DNA of 64,000 bases from Octopus bimaculoides (lineage: Eukaryota), in NCBI RefSeq assembly GCF_001194135.2, contig NC_068982.1:15133335-15197334 (forward strand), written 5' to 3'. The translations under genes were made by a program, and so were the position numbers. Of the stretch, positions 50,001 to 61,290 are shown one piece after another (positions within the stretch are counted from its first letter, which is position 1; each line of letters begins with the position of its first letter). The notes beneath the pieces were generated by a model. It did not search any database. It had not been told where the DNA came from and was given only the letters and a program-made list of their open reading frames with translations.

Positions 50001-50061
50001 TGAACAATAATAATAATAATAATAATAATAACAACAATATAAAAAATCAAATCTATATTAC

Positions 50062-50395
50062 CTTTTTGAGTGAATTCTCTATGACAAATTTTACAAGAAA
50101 AATTACTTTTATTTGAAGAAGCATTTCCTTCCGTTTTTTTTGCACAGGAACCTTCCGTTTTCTTTGCACAGGTACCTTCCACAGACGAAAGTGCTTTGTC
50201 TTCTAAGGACACCACAAAGACAGACTCTATAGGTTCAGTACTTTCTGACCCTGATTGATTGGTGAGCCCGACTAATTCATTTATTGACTCTGCTGCTGCT
50301 GCTACTACTGATGATGATGATGATGATGATGATGATGACGACGACGATGATGACGATGACGACGATGTTGTTGTTGTTAATTCCGCTGCTGTTGT

Positions 50396-50435
<40 letters not shown>

Positions 50436-50487
50436 ATTGGTGGTGGAGGAGGAGGAGGTGGTGGTGGTGGAAGCAGAAGAGAAGGAG
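50062..50487 (-). CDS. Zinc-finger gene exon with low-complexity P11/T-A/S19 tracts and start of finger 1
   Basis: Acceptor TTTTCATTACAG|CT, donor AAG|GTAAT, 426 nt, phase 1/1, no stop in frame. Encodes SPSLLLP11ITTTAA...S19VVAAAAES...FSCKICHREFTQK. Confidence 0.78.
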
Positions 50488-50739
50488 CTGTAATGAAAAC
50501 AATATAACTTTCAACATGTGGCTTACTATGAAGATAACAAGTGGATGCATGTATTTATGACAGCAATGTCTAGTTTCCCCACTTTTCCTGTTGCTGTTTA
50601 GCCCCAGGCCAGCTCCGATCGAGCAGTGGACCTATTACGATTAACCCTTCAGTATTCAGATTACTCCCTCAAATGTAATGCTTATTTATTCACACTGGTT
50701 TGAATTAATCAGGCATTATCTTGTAGCTTTGAAATTTTA

Positions 50740-51110
50740 ATAACATGTATGAGTGAAGACAGTAGCATCAAGAAGTGCCTATCTCTAATCGTAGAGAGAA
50801 CATATGGAAGGGGTAGACCCAGGAAGACGTGAGACGAAGTGGTGAGAAAGGATCCAGAGACATTGGGACTCACAGAGAGGATGACAGGGGGCCAGTTTGC
50901 TGTGCTTGAAAAGACATGTTGAGCTCAGTAAAACTGAGGTTGTCCTTGCATACAGGTATGTCCCCAGCATCCCTCTCCAGCTGAGCATCCCTAATTCTTA
51001 TGGGCTCATAGGTGCTGGTGCCATGCAAAAAGCACCCTTGCCTGTGCTGTATAAAACCACCCAGTGCACTCTGTAAAGTGGTTGGCATTAGGAAGGGCAT
51101 CAAGCTATAG
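50740..51110 (+). mobile_element. Old RTE LINE 3' end (intronic)
   Basis: GGAAGGGGTAGACCCAGGAAGAC (GRGRPRK) followed by the UTR motif. Confidence 0.7.
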
Positions 51111-51504
51111 ATGATTGTGTCAAAAACAATGAAAACTCTTTGAAAACTTTGCTTAGGCCTCTGAGCAGGTATCACCAAGCTTTTGGCAAAATTTGATGCA
51201 GATTCTCTGCTCAACTTTCTCTGTCATGATCAGTGTGATGATCACACACTACACACCTTCCTTCTAAACAGCGGAAGTGAGATAAAACATTAAAACTTAG
51301 TGAGCATTCAGACCAGAATTCAAGGTCAATCAGTGCCAAGCAGCTTCACTCAGTGTGCTTTAGCTTCATTACCATGGCTACAGTCTGGATACTTATTGAT
51401 CAGACCACGTATAGGTATAAACAGTAATGTTTAACACTGTCATATATATACTCAAACATTGAAAGACTTTGCCAGCAGGAATTGTCTTAGGAGGCATATT
51501 TTCC

Positions 51505-51925
51505 TTATAGAAGAATGTGGGATGAAGTTGTGAGAAAGAATCTTCGGATGTTGGGCCTTACAGAGGGGATGATAGGGGACCGAGACTCCTGGTGGTTTGC
51601 TGTGAGGAGACACATAAAGCTAAGTAAAATTGTGGTTGTCTTTGCATACAGGCATGTCCCCTGCATCCCTCTTCAGCTGAGCATTCCTAATCTTGCAGGC
51701 TCATGGATGCTGATGCCATGTAAAAGCACCCTTGCCTGTGCTGTATAAAACCACCCAGTGCACTCTGTAAAGTGGTTGGCATTAGGAAGGGCATCAAGCC
51801 ATAGAGACTATGCCAAAACAGACATGGAACCTTCAGGTGCTCTTCAACTGGCCAGCTCCTGTTAAACCGTTCAACCCATGCCAGCATGGAAAATGGATGT
51901 TAAATGATGATGATGATGATGACGA
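51505..51925 (+). mobile_element. Old RTE LINE 3' end (intronic)
   Basis: WDEVVRKNLRMLGLTE C-terminus, UTR and (GAT)n tail. Confidence 0.75.
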
Positions 51926-52129
51926 TGTGATTTTTTTAGTCTTTTATTCTGTTATTTGTTTCAGGAATTTTGACTGTGGCCATGCTGGAGCACCGCCTTT
52001 GGTTGAACAAACCAACCTCAGGACTTATTCTATCGGTCTCTCTTGCTGAACCGCTAAGTTACAGGGATGTAAACACAACAACATCAGTTGTCAAGTGATG
52101 ATGGTGGGACAAACAAGACACACACAGAT

Positions 52130-53020
52130 ATCATCATCCTCATCTTTTAACATCCGATTTTCATGCTAGCATGGGTTGGACAATTTGACTGAGTACTGGT
52201 GAACCGGATGGCTGCACCAGGCTCCAATCTGATCTGGCAGAGTTTCTACAGCTGGATGCCCTTCCTAACGCCAACCACTCTGATAATGTAGTGGGTGCTT
52301 TTATGTGCCACTGGCATGAGGGCCAGTCAGGCTGTACTGGCAACAGCCACGCTCAAAATGGTGTTTTTTATGTGCCACCTGCACAGGAGCCAGTCCAGCA
52401 GCACTGGCAATGGCCTCACTCAAATGATTTTCTAACATGCCACTGGCACAAGTGCCAGTAAGGCGACACTGGTAATGATCACACTCAAATGGTGCTATTT
52501 ATGTGCCACTAGCACGGAAGCAAGACAGCTGCTCTGGCAATAATCACGCTTGGACAGTGCTGTTAGTGCACCAATGGCACAGGTGCCAGTCATCGAATAT
52601 GGTTCAATTATGATTTTGATTTCACTCGCCCCAACAGGTCTTTGCAAGCAGAGTTTAGTTCCCAATGAAGGAGAGGTTGGCATGGGTGCTAGTCGTCGAA
52701 TTTGGTTTGATTTCGATTTTAAATTCACTTGCCTCAACAGGTCTTCGCAAGCAGAGTTTAGTGTCCAATGAAGTAAAGATACGAATAAGTGAGCTGGCTA
52801 CACTTCTGGCAGAGGCCACAGATTATGCTCTCACTTGGCTTGCCAGGTCTTCTCACGTACTGCATATTTCCAAAGGTCCCGGTCACTAGTCACTGCCTCG
52901 GTGAGGCCTAAAGTTCGAAGGTCGTACTTCACCACCTCATCCCAGGTCTTCCTGGGTCTACCTCTTCCACAGGCTCCCTCAACTGCTAGGGTGTGGCACT
53001 TTTTCACACAGCTATCCTTA
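52130..53020 (-). mobile_element. RTE LINE 3' end: ORF C-terminus plus full 3' UTR
   Basis: DSCVKKCHTLAVEGACGRGRPRKTWDEVVKYDLRTLGLTEAVTSDRDLWKYAV then UTR. Links the abundant (GAT)n-tailed repeat to RTE. Confidence 0.9.
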
Positions 53021-53055
53021 TNNNNNNNNNNNNNNNNNNNNNNNNNNNNNNNNNN

Positions 53056-53086
<31 letters not shown>

Positions 53087-53923
53087 TATATATACAATGG
53101 GCTCCTTTTAGTTTCTGTCTACCAAATCCACTCACAAGGCTTTGGTCATCTTTGCACATCTTTATTACACATTTATATTCTGTTCGCCTAACTTGGTATC
53201 TGCACTTCAGAAATACTATAAAAAGTACCTTTATAAAAGCACATGTCTGAATTACCAAGAGCAGATATTGTCACTTAGCTGGGTTGCGTTGTCCACACAC
53301 ATGGCAGAAATATCAGGTACAAACACCCCTGCACGGAGTCTTTATATTCAATATTCAATTAATATTGTTTGGGTGTGAGGATTATACCAATCTAGCAAGG
53401 TGCCTCAATTTAAGTACTCAGTTTAACTGTATCTTAATTATGTGTGTGTGCGTGTGTGTTGTGTATGTATGTATGTATGCATGCATGTGTCTCCTTGTCC
53501 TGACATCATGTAATGCAACAGATATAAAACGATTGTCAGTGTCATACAAGCATTTCCAGTCTTCCATGAAAACATGTCAGGCTATGGGGAAATATTACCT
53601 TGCCTGGAAACAAGTGAGGGTTCGTAACAAGGAAAATGTAGTCATTAAAAAAGGTGCTTCAACAAATCCCATCAGCCCTGTGCAAACATGGATAAGTGGA
53701 CATTAAAATGATGATGATGAAGATTCTTAAGGATGCTGCCAGAGATCAGTTCACTGGACTTTCTCCAGAACCATCTTTGAATTCAAACACTCAATACATT
53801 AAATATATCAAATATATCGTTTATGAAAGCATGTAATAGCTAATTATAAAGATAAAGTTGAAAGTAATAAATCTTGATTGAAATGAAACAAAAATGAAAA
53901 AATAAATACAAATAAATGCTTAC

Positions 53924-53968
53924 AAGTTTCATTTTCAGTTTTTTCAAGACGAATTTTCCGAGGCCTTC
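53924..53968 (-). CDS. 45-nt zinc-finger gene exon completing an AT-hook
   Basis: TTTTCCCATTCTTCAG|GA AGG CCT CGG AAA...ACT T|GTAAGC encodes GRPRKIRLEKTENET. Phase 1/1. Confidence 0.82.
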
Positions 53969-54598
53969 CTGAAGAATGGGAAAAAAAAGACAAGAAAGAA
54001 AGTTTTAAAAGAAATATAAAATTGATTTGCTCTGATGGTTGAGAATTTATTTGATAACCATTCTGTGATGAGTTAGACTGGTTACATGTTTTGATTAATT
54101 TTAAATATAATCAAGATTTTTGTAAGGAGTGTAATAAAATATCAGTAACTTTATATCTAGCTAAATATGTGCTGGTGCCATGTAAAAAGCACCCAGATTA
54201 CTCTGTAAAGTGGTTGGGGCTAAGAAGGGCATCCTGTCATAGAGACCATGCTAAAGCAGACAAATGGAGGATGGGGCAGCGCTCTGGCCTTGCCAGCTCC
54301 TCTCAAACATTCTAACCCATGCTAGGATGGAAAGTGAATGTTAAACGATGATGATATTCATATCTATGTAAAGTGGTTGGCATTAGGAAAGGCATCCAGC
54401 CATAGAAACCATGACATTTGAGTGTAAGGCAGTTCTGCAGCTCACCAGATCTTGTCATACCACCATAGAAAATGGATATTAAATGATGAGAATGATACTT
54501 ATATAAGGTACAAGCAGAGCTGTGCTGTTAAGAAACAACACCAGCCTCATTAAATTCCACCTGATCAATGCAAGAAGGAAAAAGTGGAGGTTAAAAGA

Positions 54599-54636
<38 letters not shown>

Positions 54637-54839
54637 CAGTTAATTTCGTAATCGCTACCAATATAGCATAAGACTACATCCCAAAGGATCATTTATTAGA
54701 TTCCTTAAGGGTCGTTCTCATTGTTTATATTTCCAAGGTTTCAAATTTGTATGTTTAAAAATGTAGAGACTCAATATATATACACTTACAGAAAGACACA
54801 CATATGTGTGGGTCTGTGTATATGCATTGATTAGTTTAT

Positions 54840-55420
54840 TTTATGCTGTGCTTGAGAAGACCTAGCAAGCCAAGTGAGACCGTAACTGTGACCTATGCCA
54901 GTGCAGCATAAGCAGTCCATTTAAGAGTACCCTTCAATCATTGGGCAATAAATTGCACTTGCAAAGACCTGTTGAGGCAAGTGAAGTTGTTGTCATGGCT
55001 GATGACAGTACTGCCTGATTGGCACCTGTGCCAGTGGCATGTAAAAAGCACCATTTGAGTGTGGTCGATGCCAGTGCTGCCTGACTGGCTCCTATGCTGG
55101 TGGCACGTAAAAAGCACCATTCGAGTGTGGTTGTTGCCAGTGCTGTCTGACTGGCTCCTATGCTGGTGGCATGTAAAAAGCGACATTCAAGCGTGGTCAA
55201 TGCCAGTACCGCCTGATTGATCTCTGTGCTGGTGGCACGTAAAAAGCATCTACTACACTCTTGGAGTGGTTAGCGTTAGGAAGGGCATCCAGTTGTAGAA
55301 ACTTAGCCAGATCAGATTGGAGCCTGGTACAGCTTTCTGGCTTGCCAGCCTTCAGTCAAACCGTCCAACCCATGCCAGCATGGAAAGCGGGCGTTAAACA
55401 ACGACGATGATGTTGATGAT
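54840..55420 (+). mobile_element. RTE LINE 3' UTR with four ~60-bp tandem units
   Basis: Repeated GCCAGTGCTGCCTGACTGGCTCCTATGCTGGTGGCACGTAAAAAGCACC. Confidence 0.82.
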
Positions 55421-56225
55421 TCTATAGACCAACTAAAATCTCATTACTTATGTTGTAACAATAATTTGATAGAGATTTTAATTTCAGTCTGAAGGATTAA
55501 TTTAAATCCAATAGGTCAAAGCAACTCATGAAACTTGAAGTAGTTTTGAGTAAACAGAAAAAGTAAAAAAAAGAAAAGAAACTTCCATAAACATTTTCTT
55601 TTATACACTATTACAGATTGAATAGGTCTGATAGGTTTGTAAATCTTAAGATGCTCCTTAAGAAAGTAACTCAAGCAGAATATATTATCAGCTGGATGAA
55701 ATGAAGTTTATTTCTAAGAAATAAGGAGAGAGGGGAGATTCTATAATTAGAATAAAGTTTGGTTATAGTACAGCACCATAATCTCAGTGGAAATTAATTC
55801 ATAGTTTTTATTTAATGATTTGTAAAATAAGAACAGGACTTTCATTTCCATTTTATGTTAAACTATTTACTCCCATCTCCAACGATGAGGTTAACAGCCT
55901 GAAAAACTATAAGCTTCTTTACAACAATCATTCCAACAAGAAGTTATTAACCTTTCAAATTAATAGTATTTTTGAGAGCAGCCAATCCCAGTCGTTTAGA
56001 TATTTATATTTTGTATGTTGCAGTATCATTGAAGATTTTAGCTGGGAAGGACATGGTGTTGTAGCTTGATGGTATACTGCTTGAGCCAACAACGGCCAGA
56101 AAGTAGCCTGGTTATGTTACCAGAATAAAAATAGGTAGAGGCATACAGAAAATGATATTAAATTGATAAAGTTACTTATATAAGAAAAACCCGGAAAATG
56201 TAAATATTTATTCATATAAAATCTG

Positions 56226-56258
<33 letters not shown>

Positions 56259-56587
56259 NNNNNNNNNNNNNNNNNNNNNNNNNNNNNNNNNNNNNNNNNN
56301 NNNNNNNNNNNNNNNNNNNNNNNNNNNNNNNNNNNNNNNNNNNNNNNNNNNNNNNNNNNNNNNNNNNNNNNNNNNNNNNNNNNNNNNNNNNNNNNNNNNN
56401 NNNNNNNNNNNNNNNNNNNNNNNNNNNNNNNNNNNNNNNNNNNNNNNNNNNNNNNNNNNNNNNNNNNNNNNNNNNNNNNNNNNNNNNNNNNNNNNNNNNN
56501 NNNNNNNNNNNNNNNNNNNNNNNNNNNNNNNNNNNNNNNNNNNNNNNNNNNNNNNNNNNNNNNNNNNNNNNNNNNNNNNNNNNNNNT

Positions 56588-56748
56588 ATATATATACATA
56601 TATACGACAGGCTTCTTTCAGTTTCCGTCTACCAAATCCACTCACAAGGCTTTGGTTGGCCCGAGGCTATAGTAGAAGACACTTGCCCAAGGTGCCATAC
56701 AATGGGACTGAACCCAGAACTATGTGGTTGGTAAGCAAGCTACTCACC
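56588..56748 (-). mobile_element. SINE family B 5' half
   Basis: CORE-like segment matches the consensus; runs into the gap. Confidence 0.75.
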
Positions 56749-56776
56749 AGTTCGCTGGAAGGATTGTGTATTGTTT

Positions 56777-57126
56777 GTGAAATATAATGTCTTGAATGGC
56801 ACAACAATGCAGAGTGGACTATAATAACTGCTATAATTTAATTATTCATATAATAATATTCAATATAATATTTTGGAATATAAAAATTCCTTCTTCAGAT
56901 ATTGCTGGGAATTGATTGAGCCACTTCTATAATTGGATGGCTAGATAGATAGATAAAAAAAAAGCCGATTATAGCAGTGACTCGATCAATTCCTAGCAAT
57001 ATCCGAAGAAGGAATTTTTATATTCCGAAATATTATATTGAATATTATTATATGAATAATTAAATTAAAACAGTTATTATAGTCCACTTTGCATTGTTGT
57101 GTCATTCAAGACACGTTATAATTCAC
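56777..57126. repeat. 350-bp inverted repeat (~160-bp arms), each arm carrying a minimal hammerhead motif
   Basis: Arms 56777-56936 and 56965-57126. On +: CAATAT-CCGAAGA(57003)-AGGAAT..ATTCC-GAAA(57027)-TAT-T-ATATTG. On -: CTGAAGA (56898-56892)...CC-AAAA. Confidence 0.85.
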
Positions 57127-57172
57127 TAATGTAAAATTATTTTTATTATAACTGACCATAAAAACAAATACG

Positions 57173-57603
57173 CGTAGGAGTGGCTGTGTGGTAAGTAGCT
57201 TGCTTTCCAACCACATGGTTCTGGGTTCAGTCCCACTGTGTGGCACCTTGGGAAAGTGTCTTCTACTATAGCTTCGGGCCGACCAAAGNNNNNNNNNNAG
57301 TGTCTTCTACTATAGCTTCGGGCCGACCAAAGCCTTGCGAGTGGATTTGGTAGACGGAAACTGAAAGAAGCCCGTCGTATATATGTATATATGTGTGTGT
57401 GTGTGTGTGTATGTTTGTGCCCCCAACATTACTTGACAACCGATGCTGGTGTGTTTACATCCCCGTAACTTAGCGGTTCGGCAAAAGAGACCAATAGAAT
57501 AAGTACTAGGCTTACAAAGAAAAAGTCCCGGGGTCGATTTGCTCGACTAAAGGCGGTACTCCAGCATGGCCGCTGTCAAATGACTGAAACAAGTAGAAGA
57601 GAG
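57173..57603 (+). mobile_element. SINE family B (spans a 10-N gap)
   Basis: Near-consensus, young copy. Confidence 0.82.
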
Positions 57604-58109
57604 TAAATATATATATATGTGTGAGTGTGTGTATTTGGAGATGGGTGAGCTCTTAATGTAGGGCAAGCAGTAAACCAAGACTTATAACACAGTATCAATT
57701 TTCAACAGAAACTCTTCTATCTCAGTAATGTCATTAAGTCTATTTTTGTGAGTGGGGGAGGCCCCTACACGTAAAAATGTTCTAATTCTACTCTACTAAA
57801 ATTATAGGAGATTGTGCAACATATACATATATCACAGTTTCTTTTATCTATCCATTCATCCATTCATGTGTGTATGCGTGAGAGAGTGTGAGTATTAATT
57901 CTGTTCAACTCAGATAAACCTTTTCATTTTGTTTCAATGACCTACTTTTAACTTTCAAACAGGTGTAAATTCAAATCCTTTCCAAGTTTTCTCAAACAGT
58001 TCCTTCTTCATTCTTAGTTCACTTCTGTCACTTTCTAGCACCTATACTGAGACAAACGATAACTTTTCTGCTGTGTGAGCCTTGTCATTATTATCCTCCT
58101 CCTCAAGCC

Positions 58110-58545
58110 GGCAAGCTGGCAGAATCGTTAACAAATTGGATAAAATGCTTAATGGTATTTCACTCGTCACTATGTTCTGAGTTCAAATTCCGCTGAGGTC
58201 GACTTTGCTTTCCATCCTTTCGGGGTCAATAAATTAAGTACCAGTTACGCACTCGGGTTGATATAATTGATTTATCTCCACCCCCAAAATTTCAGGCCTT
58301 GTGCCTATAATAGAAAGGATTATTATCATCCTCCACAAGGCAGCGAGCTGGCAGAATCGTTAGCAAATTGGATGAAATGCTTAGCGGTATTTCACTCATC
58401 GCTATGTTCTGAGTTCAAATTCTGCCAAGATTGATTTTGCCTTTCATTCTTTTTGGGTCAATAAAATAAGTACCAGTTAAACACTGGAGTCAATATAATC
58501 AACTCATCTCCACCTCCCCCAAGCTGCTCTTGTGGCAAAAATTTG
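58110..58545 (+). mobile_element. Head-to-tail pair of family C SINEs
   Basis: Two copies separated by ATTATTATCATCCTCC. Confidence 0.8.
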
Positions 58546-58829
58546 AAATAATTCTTATCATCCGCCTCCAATTTGAAAACAGTTGACTGCCACAAGCTTC
58601 AGTGTATAAAATAAATTGTAATGGCTGAATACAATCTGTGAAAAGTTATTTTTTACCTTTGTCAATATATTTTGGTACATCCCTTACTGTACATCTCTTA
58701 GCCTTCACTGAAACCGATTCCCAGTCATTTCTATAATCATCACATATATGATAGCATACCAAAAAGACAAACATGAAACAACAGCAGAAATTGTAAAGGA
58801 GTGAGTATATATTAGTCTACAGCATTTAC

Positions 58830-58963
58830 CTGGTCTCCGTCCTGTAGAAGTTGGAGCTGGAGTAACTTTCCGTTTTTTGGGTGCTTTTGGTTCTGCCTCT
58901 GAAGGATGGTAGTCTGAATCACTGTCGTTCGTTTGTTCCACTAAATCAACATTCCGGTAATCT
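58830..58963 (-). CDS. Zinc-finger gene exon (acidic stretch, PKKRKV-type NLS, first half of AT-hook); most 5' exon I can support
   Basis: TTTTGTCAG|A GAT TAC...CCA G|GTAAAT encodes DYRNVDLVEQTNDSDSDYHPSEAEPKAPKKRKVTPAPTSTGRRP. 134 nt, phase 2/1. Confidence 0.78.
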
Positions 58964-59079
58964 CTGACAAAAGTAGATAATAGTAGAGTCAAGAAGATGT
59001 TATTGAAAAACATGGCACATTCAAAGTAATTTAGAAAATAACCATATTTTTAAAAATCTGCAGCTTTAATTTTTTTTCC

Positions 59080-59510
59080 ATCATCATTTAACGTCCACCT
59101 TCCATGCTGGCATGGGTTGGACGATTTGACTGGGGACTGGTGAACCATATGGCTACACCAGACACCAATCTGATCTGGCAGAGTTTCTACAGCTGGATGC
59201 CCTTCCTAACGCCAACCACTCCGAGAGTGTAGTGGGTGCTTTTTACGTGCCACCGGCATGAGGGCCAGTCTGGCGGTATTGGCAACGGCCATGCTCAAAT
59301 GGTGTTTTTTACGTGCCACCTGCACAGGAGTCAGTCCAATGTTCTGTTCACATGCCACCGGCACAAGTGCCAGTAAGGCGAAGCTGGAAACAATCGCGCT
59401 CAAATGGTGCTTTTTACGTGCCACCGGCATGGAAGCGAGACCGCTACTCTGGCAGTGATCCTGCTCGGATGGTGCTGTTAGTACTCCACCGGCACGAGTG
59501 CCAGTCTCTC
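59080..59510 (-). mobile_element. RTE LINE 3' UTR
   Basis: Family motif and internal repeats; close to the 25930-26468 copy. Confidence 0.82.
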
Positions 59511-60226
59511 TTTTGAAATTTCTAATAAGCCCTTCCATAACTTTTCTTATGAAATGCACTGCACAAATATTTGTGCAGTGTTTCAATTAATTTTGGAAGT
59601 GATCAAAAATTTGGAAGCATTTAGTAAAATAGCATAACATTTTTATGAAGCTATGATTTGAATGTAACTGACAGAATGGTTCTTAAATGAATATTAAAAA
59701 AATGGAAAGTTTAATTTAAATATAAACACTAAAACGAGAGATTTTGTATTCTACAGGCAGAAATAGTCATGAACAAGTTGGTATTGAAAGGGTTTAAGGA
59801 TGTCAAAAATAACTGAATGATATTTACCATACTAGTATATTTTAGTAATTAACCCTTTTGATACCAACCTACATGAGACTGCTCTTGATATCATGATACA
59901 AACCCTTTCGTTACCAATCCGGCTGAAACCGGCTCTGGCTCTGTAGTACAAATGTTTTGTTTTCAAAAGTTCTGAATTAAAATCTTCCACCAAACCTTAG
60001 TCACAATTTATGTTTCTAACACTAGCTTAATGATAACTAAGTTATTTTACTAAATTCTTTGTTATATTTAAAATTAATTGAAAGAAACACAGAGCATCTC
60101 AACAGAAATATGGTAAGAAAAGTGTTAAAGTGATCTAAGTTAAAACTTTATGTTCCAAACACCAGTTTAATAACTAATTTACTTTATTAAATTCTTTTTT
60201 TTTATTATTTTAAATTAATGGAAGTT

Positions 60227-60503
60227 GGCACAATGGCCCAGTGGTTAGAGCAGTGAACTCGCAGTCAAAGGATCACGGTTTCGATTCCCAGACTGAGTGT
60301 TGTGTGTTTATTGAGCGAAAACACCTAAAGCTCCATGAGGCTCCAGCACGGGGTGGTGGCGACCCCTCTTGCACTCTTTTGCCCCAACTTTCTCTCACTC
60401 TTTCTTCCTGTTTCTTGAGTAAAAAGCTGCTATGGACTGGTGTCCCATTCAGCTGGGGGTGGGGGAACACATACGCCATGGAAACCAGGAAACCGGCCCT
60501 ATG
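60227..60503 (+). mobile_element. tRNA-derived SINE (family A-related)
   Basis: TGGCCCAGTGG A box, GGTTTCGATTCC B box, tail GGAACACATACGCCATGGAAAC shared with 5573-5828. Confidence 0.75.
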
Positions 60504-60904
60504 CTCCACAACGGGCTAAGAGGAATTTCCATTCCATTCCAAATTAATGGAAACAAAGACATGTTTCAGCAAAAATATGGTAATGAAAGTGTTCAAAGCT
60601 TTACCCATAGAAACATACATTTTCTTGGAAACAAGCTATATCTTTCTGTGGAAAGGGTGCAGCCAACTGAATTAATCTCCAGTTTATGACTGTGAATGAT
60701 TTTACTGAGTTCACAGAAAAGGGAACTCAAGTGAACCTGACAGAAATTAAACATAAAAACTAGAGTAATAAAACTAAAATCCTGTTTTTACCTCTTCAAT
60801 GAAGTTTAACAATGACAACAGCAACAACAATAATGTTTTTTTTCAAGACACTTTTTAAAAAGAGAAAATATTACATTTGATCAAATGAACAGGATTCTAC
60901 TTTT

Positions 60905-61100
60905 TCTTTTACTTGTTTCATTTTGACTGGAGTCATGCTGGAGCACTGCCTTTAGTCGAGCACATCCCCGCCCCCAGGACTTATTCTTTGCAAGCCCACT
61001 ACTTATTCTATTGATCTCTTTTGCTGAACCGCTAAGTTACGGGGATGTAAACACACCAGCATCGGTTGTCAAGCGATGTTGGTGGGGACACACACATACA

Positions 61101-61140
<40 letters not shown>

Positions 61141-61290
61141 CAATAGGCTTTTTTCAGTTTCCGTCTACCAAATCCACTCACAAGGCTTTGGTCAGCCCGA
61201 GTCTATGGTAGAAGACACTTGCCTAAGGTGCCACACAGTGGGACTGAACCCAGAACCATGTGGTTGGTTAGCAAACTACTTACCACACAC
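60905..61290 (-). mobile_element. SINE family B
   Basis: Full consensus order on -. Confidence 0.8.

Noticed and set aside
49300-50045. SINE family C as the partner of the R4/Dong-like LINE (both adjoin TAA repeats)
   Set aside because: Their 3' ends share no sequence, and the microsatellite is in opposite orientation relative to each element's sense strand (ATT versus AAT).
50259-50507. Plus-strand poly-D/V/G and poly-L/M ORFs
   Set aside because: These are antisense shadows of the minus-strand low-complexity exon.
57254-57332. Direct duplication AGTGTCTTCTACTATAGCTTCGGGCCGACCAAAG
   Set aside because: The copies flank a 10-N gap, which indicates an unmerged contig overlap.
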